Shown here one piece after another: positions 62,591 through 64,000 of a stretch of DNA of 64,000 nucleotides. The position numbers were made by a program, and so were the translations under genes. This DNA comes from Planctomycetota bacterium (lineage in GTDB: Bacteria; Planctomycetota; B15-G4; SIAN01), in contig JANNXA010000040.1 in assembly GCA_031409275.1 (NCBI GenBank), positions 1-64,000 of the forward strand, given 5' to 3'. How positions within the stretch are numbered: the first letter of the stretch is position 1; each line of letters opens with the position of its first letter. Under the pieces are notes generated by a model. The model had not been told where the DNA came from. It saw only the letters and a list, made by a program, of their open reading frames with translations, and ran no database searches.

Positions 62591-63534
62591 GACCCGCGCC
62601 GCTCCGCCGCCGAGAAGCTCATCCCATCCGCCGATTCCCACCAGCTCCGCCAACGTTCGACCGAATCGCCGTGGCGACGGCCGGTGAGCCACTCGAGCGC
62701 GAGGCAGCGTGCGCGTCGACCGCGAGCGTCGGGTCCTGGCAACGACACCATCAGCGCGTCGACCACCGCGGTGGCGCCCTGCGCTTGCGCTAGGCGCAGC
62801 GAGGCGCCGAGCAGATGCTCCGGGATTCCGTCGAGCGCGCGCGCGAACGGCGTCGCGTCGTCGGCCAGCGCCGCTGCCACCGCCGCCGGCGCATAACGCA
62901 GCGTGGCGGCCGGGAATCGCACGGTCACCACCCGCTCCGGCTCATCGCCACAGCGGATCGCCAGCGAATGCAGCCGCGCCTCGACTTCGGCGATCACCGC
63001 GTCGGCGTCGGCCGGCAGCGCGAGATCGACGCGCACCAACAGCTCGCGGCTGCTGCCGGGCTCGAGGACGAGGTCGTCGAACTCGTCGAAGGAAAGGCTC
63101 TGCTGCAGCGACTGCAGCCCGACGCGCAGCGAGCCGTAGCGCGCGCTCGCCTCGAGGCGCACGCAGGCGCTTTCCTGCGTACGAAACGGCCAGATGCCGC
63201 GTTCGCGGCGCGCGACGAAGGTGACCGGGAGCGCACCATCGTTGCGCAGCACGAGCCGCAATTGCGCTCGCTCGTCGAGCGGCGTCCACGGTGCCGCAGC
63301 CGTCGCCGAGAAGGAAAGTCCGCGCTCGGCGAAGTAGGCCGCGGCGATCGATTGGCGCGGCGAGTGGTCGCCGTCGCCGAGGAACGGATTGGCGTCGAGA
63401 CGCGCCCGTTCCGAATCGGGGTCGCCCCCGGCTCCGTCGGACGGAGCCGGGGACGAACACCCGCACATGGACATGAACACGAACCCTGCGAAGGACCGCA
63501 ACCCCACCCGCCAGCACGAACGGACGTGTGTCAT
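62587..63534 (-). CDS. Hypothetical lipoprotein
   Basis: Lipobox-like MCGC; C-terminal LEWLTG...WRSWW HEAT-like end; ATGA-coupled to tyrS. Confidence 0.65.
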   Translation of the reverse strand: MTHVRSCWRVGLRSFAGFVFMSMCGCSSPAPSDGAGGDPDSERARLDANPFLGDGDHSPRQSIAAAYFAERGLSFSATAAAPWTPLDERAQLRLVLRNDGALPVTFVARRERGIWPFRTQESACVRLEASARYGSLRVGLQSLQQSLSFDEFDDLVLEPGSSRELLVRVDLALPADADAVIAEVEARLHSLAIRCGDEPERVVTVRFPAATLRYAPAAVAAALADDATPFARALDGIPEHLLGASLRLAQAQGATAVVDALMVSLPGPDARGRRARCLALEWLTGRRHGDSVERWRSWWESADGMSFSAAERRGS

Positions 63535-63563
63535 CGCGATCCTCCGCAGTCGGCGTCACCCGC

Positions 63564-64000
63564 TCAGGCGGATGGCGCCTCCCCTTCCGAAGGAGCTGCC
63601 CCTTCCGAAGCAGCAGCGCCCTCGGCCGGGACTTCGCCTTCGGCCGGCTTGGTCTCGACCGGAATCGGCGCCCGCTCTTCGACCTGGATGAGCGTGAGGC
63701 CGATCTTGCGCTCCTCTGGATCGACCTTGAGGATGCGGACCTGCACCTTGTCGCCGACCCGCACGACCTCTTCGGGGCTGTGCACCTTCTTCGGCCCGAG
63801 CTCGCTGATGTGCAGCAAGCCCTCGAGCCCGTCCTCGAGCTCGACGAACACGCCGAAGTTGGTGCTCTTGGTCACCGCGCCGGAGAGGCAGTCGCCGACC
63901 GAGAAGCGCCGCGGGATCGCGTGCTTCCAGGGATCTTCCTGCAGCTGCTTCAGGCCGAGCGCGACGCGCTTCTTGTCGGCATCGACCGACAGCACGACCG
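63564..64000 (-). CDS. rpsA: 30S ribosomal protein S1, C-terminal part (5' truncated)
   Basis: RVALGLKQL.EDPW, NFGVFVELEDGLEGLLHISEL, KVDPEERKIGL. Confidence 0.93.
   Translation of the reverse strand, partial: VVLSVDADKKRVALGLKQLQEDPWKHAIPRRFSVGDCLSGAVTKSTNFGVFVELEDGLEGLLHISELGPKKVHSPEEVVRVGDKVQVRILKVDPEERKIGLTLIQVEERAPIPVETKPAEGEVPAEGAAASEGAAPSEGEAPSA

Noticed and set aside
253..63691. Many long alternative-frame and antisense ORFs (e.g. 4036-7236 -, 14518-17016 +, 46170-48668 -)
   Set aside because: Arg/Ala/Gly-rich shadows of real genes, expected at this GC content, with no family motifs.

Overview
High-GC bacterial chromosomal segment with about 52 CDSs. The gene content (CRTAC1/ASPIC-UnbV plus TPR pair, DUF1573, nucleotidase-like/tetraheme cytochrome fusion, CotH, sulfatase-like protein, small FPxWSEVL protein) suggests Planctomycetota; this is inference. 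Housekeeping genes: phrB (partial), lexA, moaA, suhB, dacB, galE, purC, mtnA, tyrS, rpsA (partial). Accessory blocks: (i) two tandem secreted CxxCH/Reeler-like paralogs; (ii) a 7-gene lipid-modification operon of the furan-fatty-acid/ufa type, with a SigK/RpoE-like promoter and a DUF2878-hydrolase fusion; (iii) an operon of three radical SAM-SPASM genes, a GT9 and a GT-C/TPR gene; (iv) a DUF1573 plus tetraheme cytochrome pair behind a sigma54-type promoter; (v) a Gld-like ABC system. Non-coding signals: two copies of a 160-bp MITE-like palindromic element, a LexA-box candidate, three sigma54-type motifs, and an unexplained ~330-nt highly self-complementary region at 58.2-58.6 kb (ncRNA candidate). 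I saw no tRNA, rRNA, CRISPR array or transposase. All calls come from reading motifs by eye; no database search or folding program was run.
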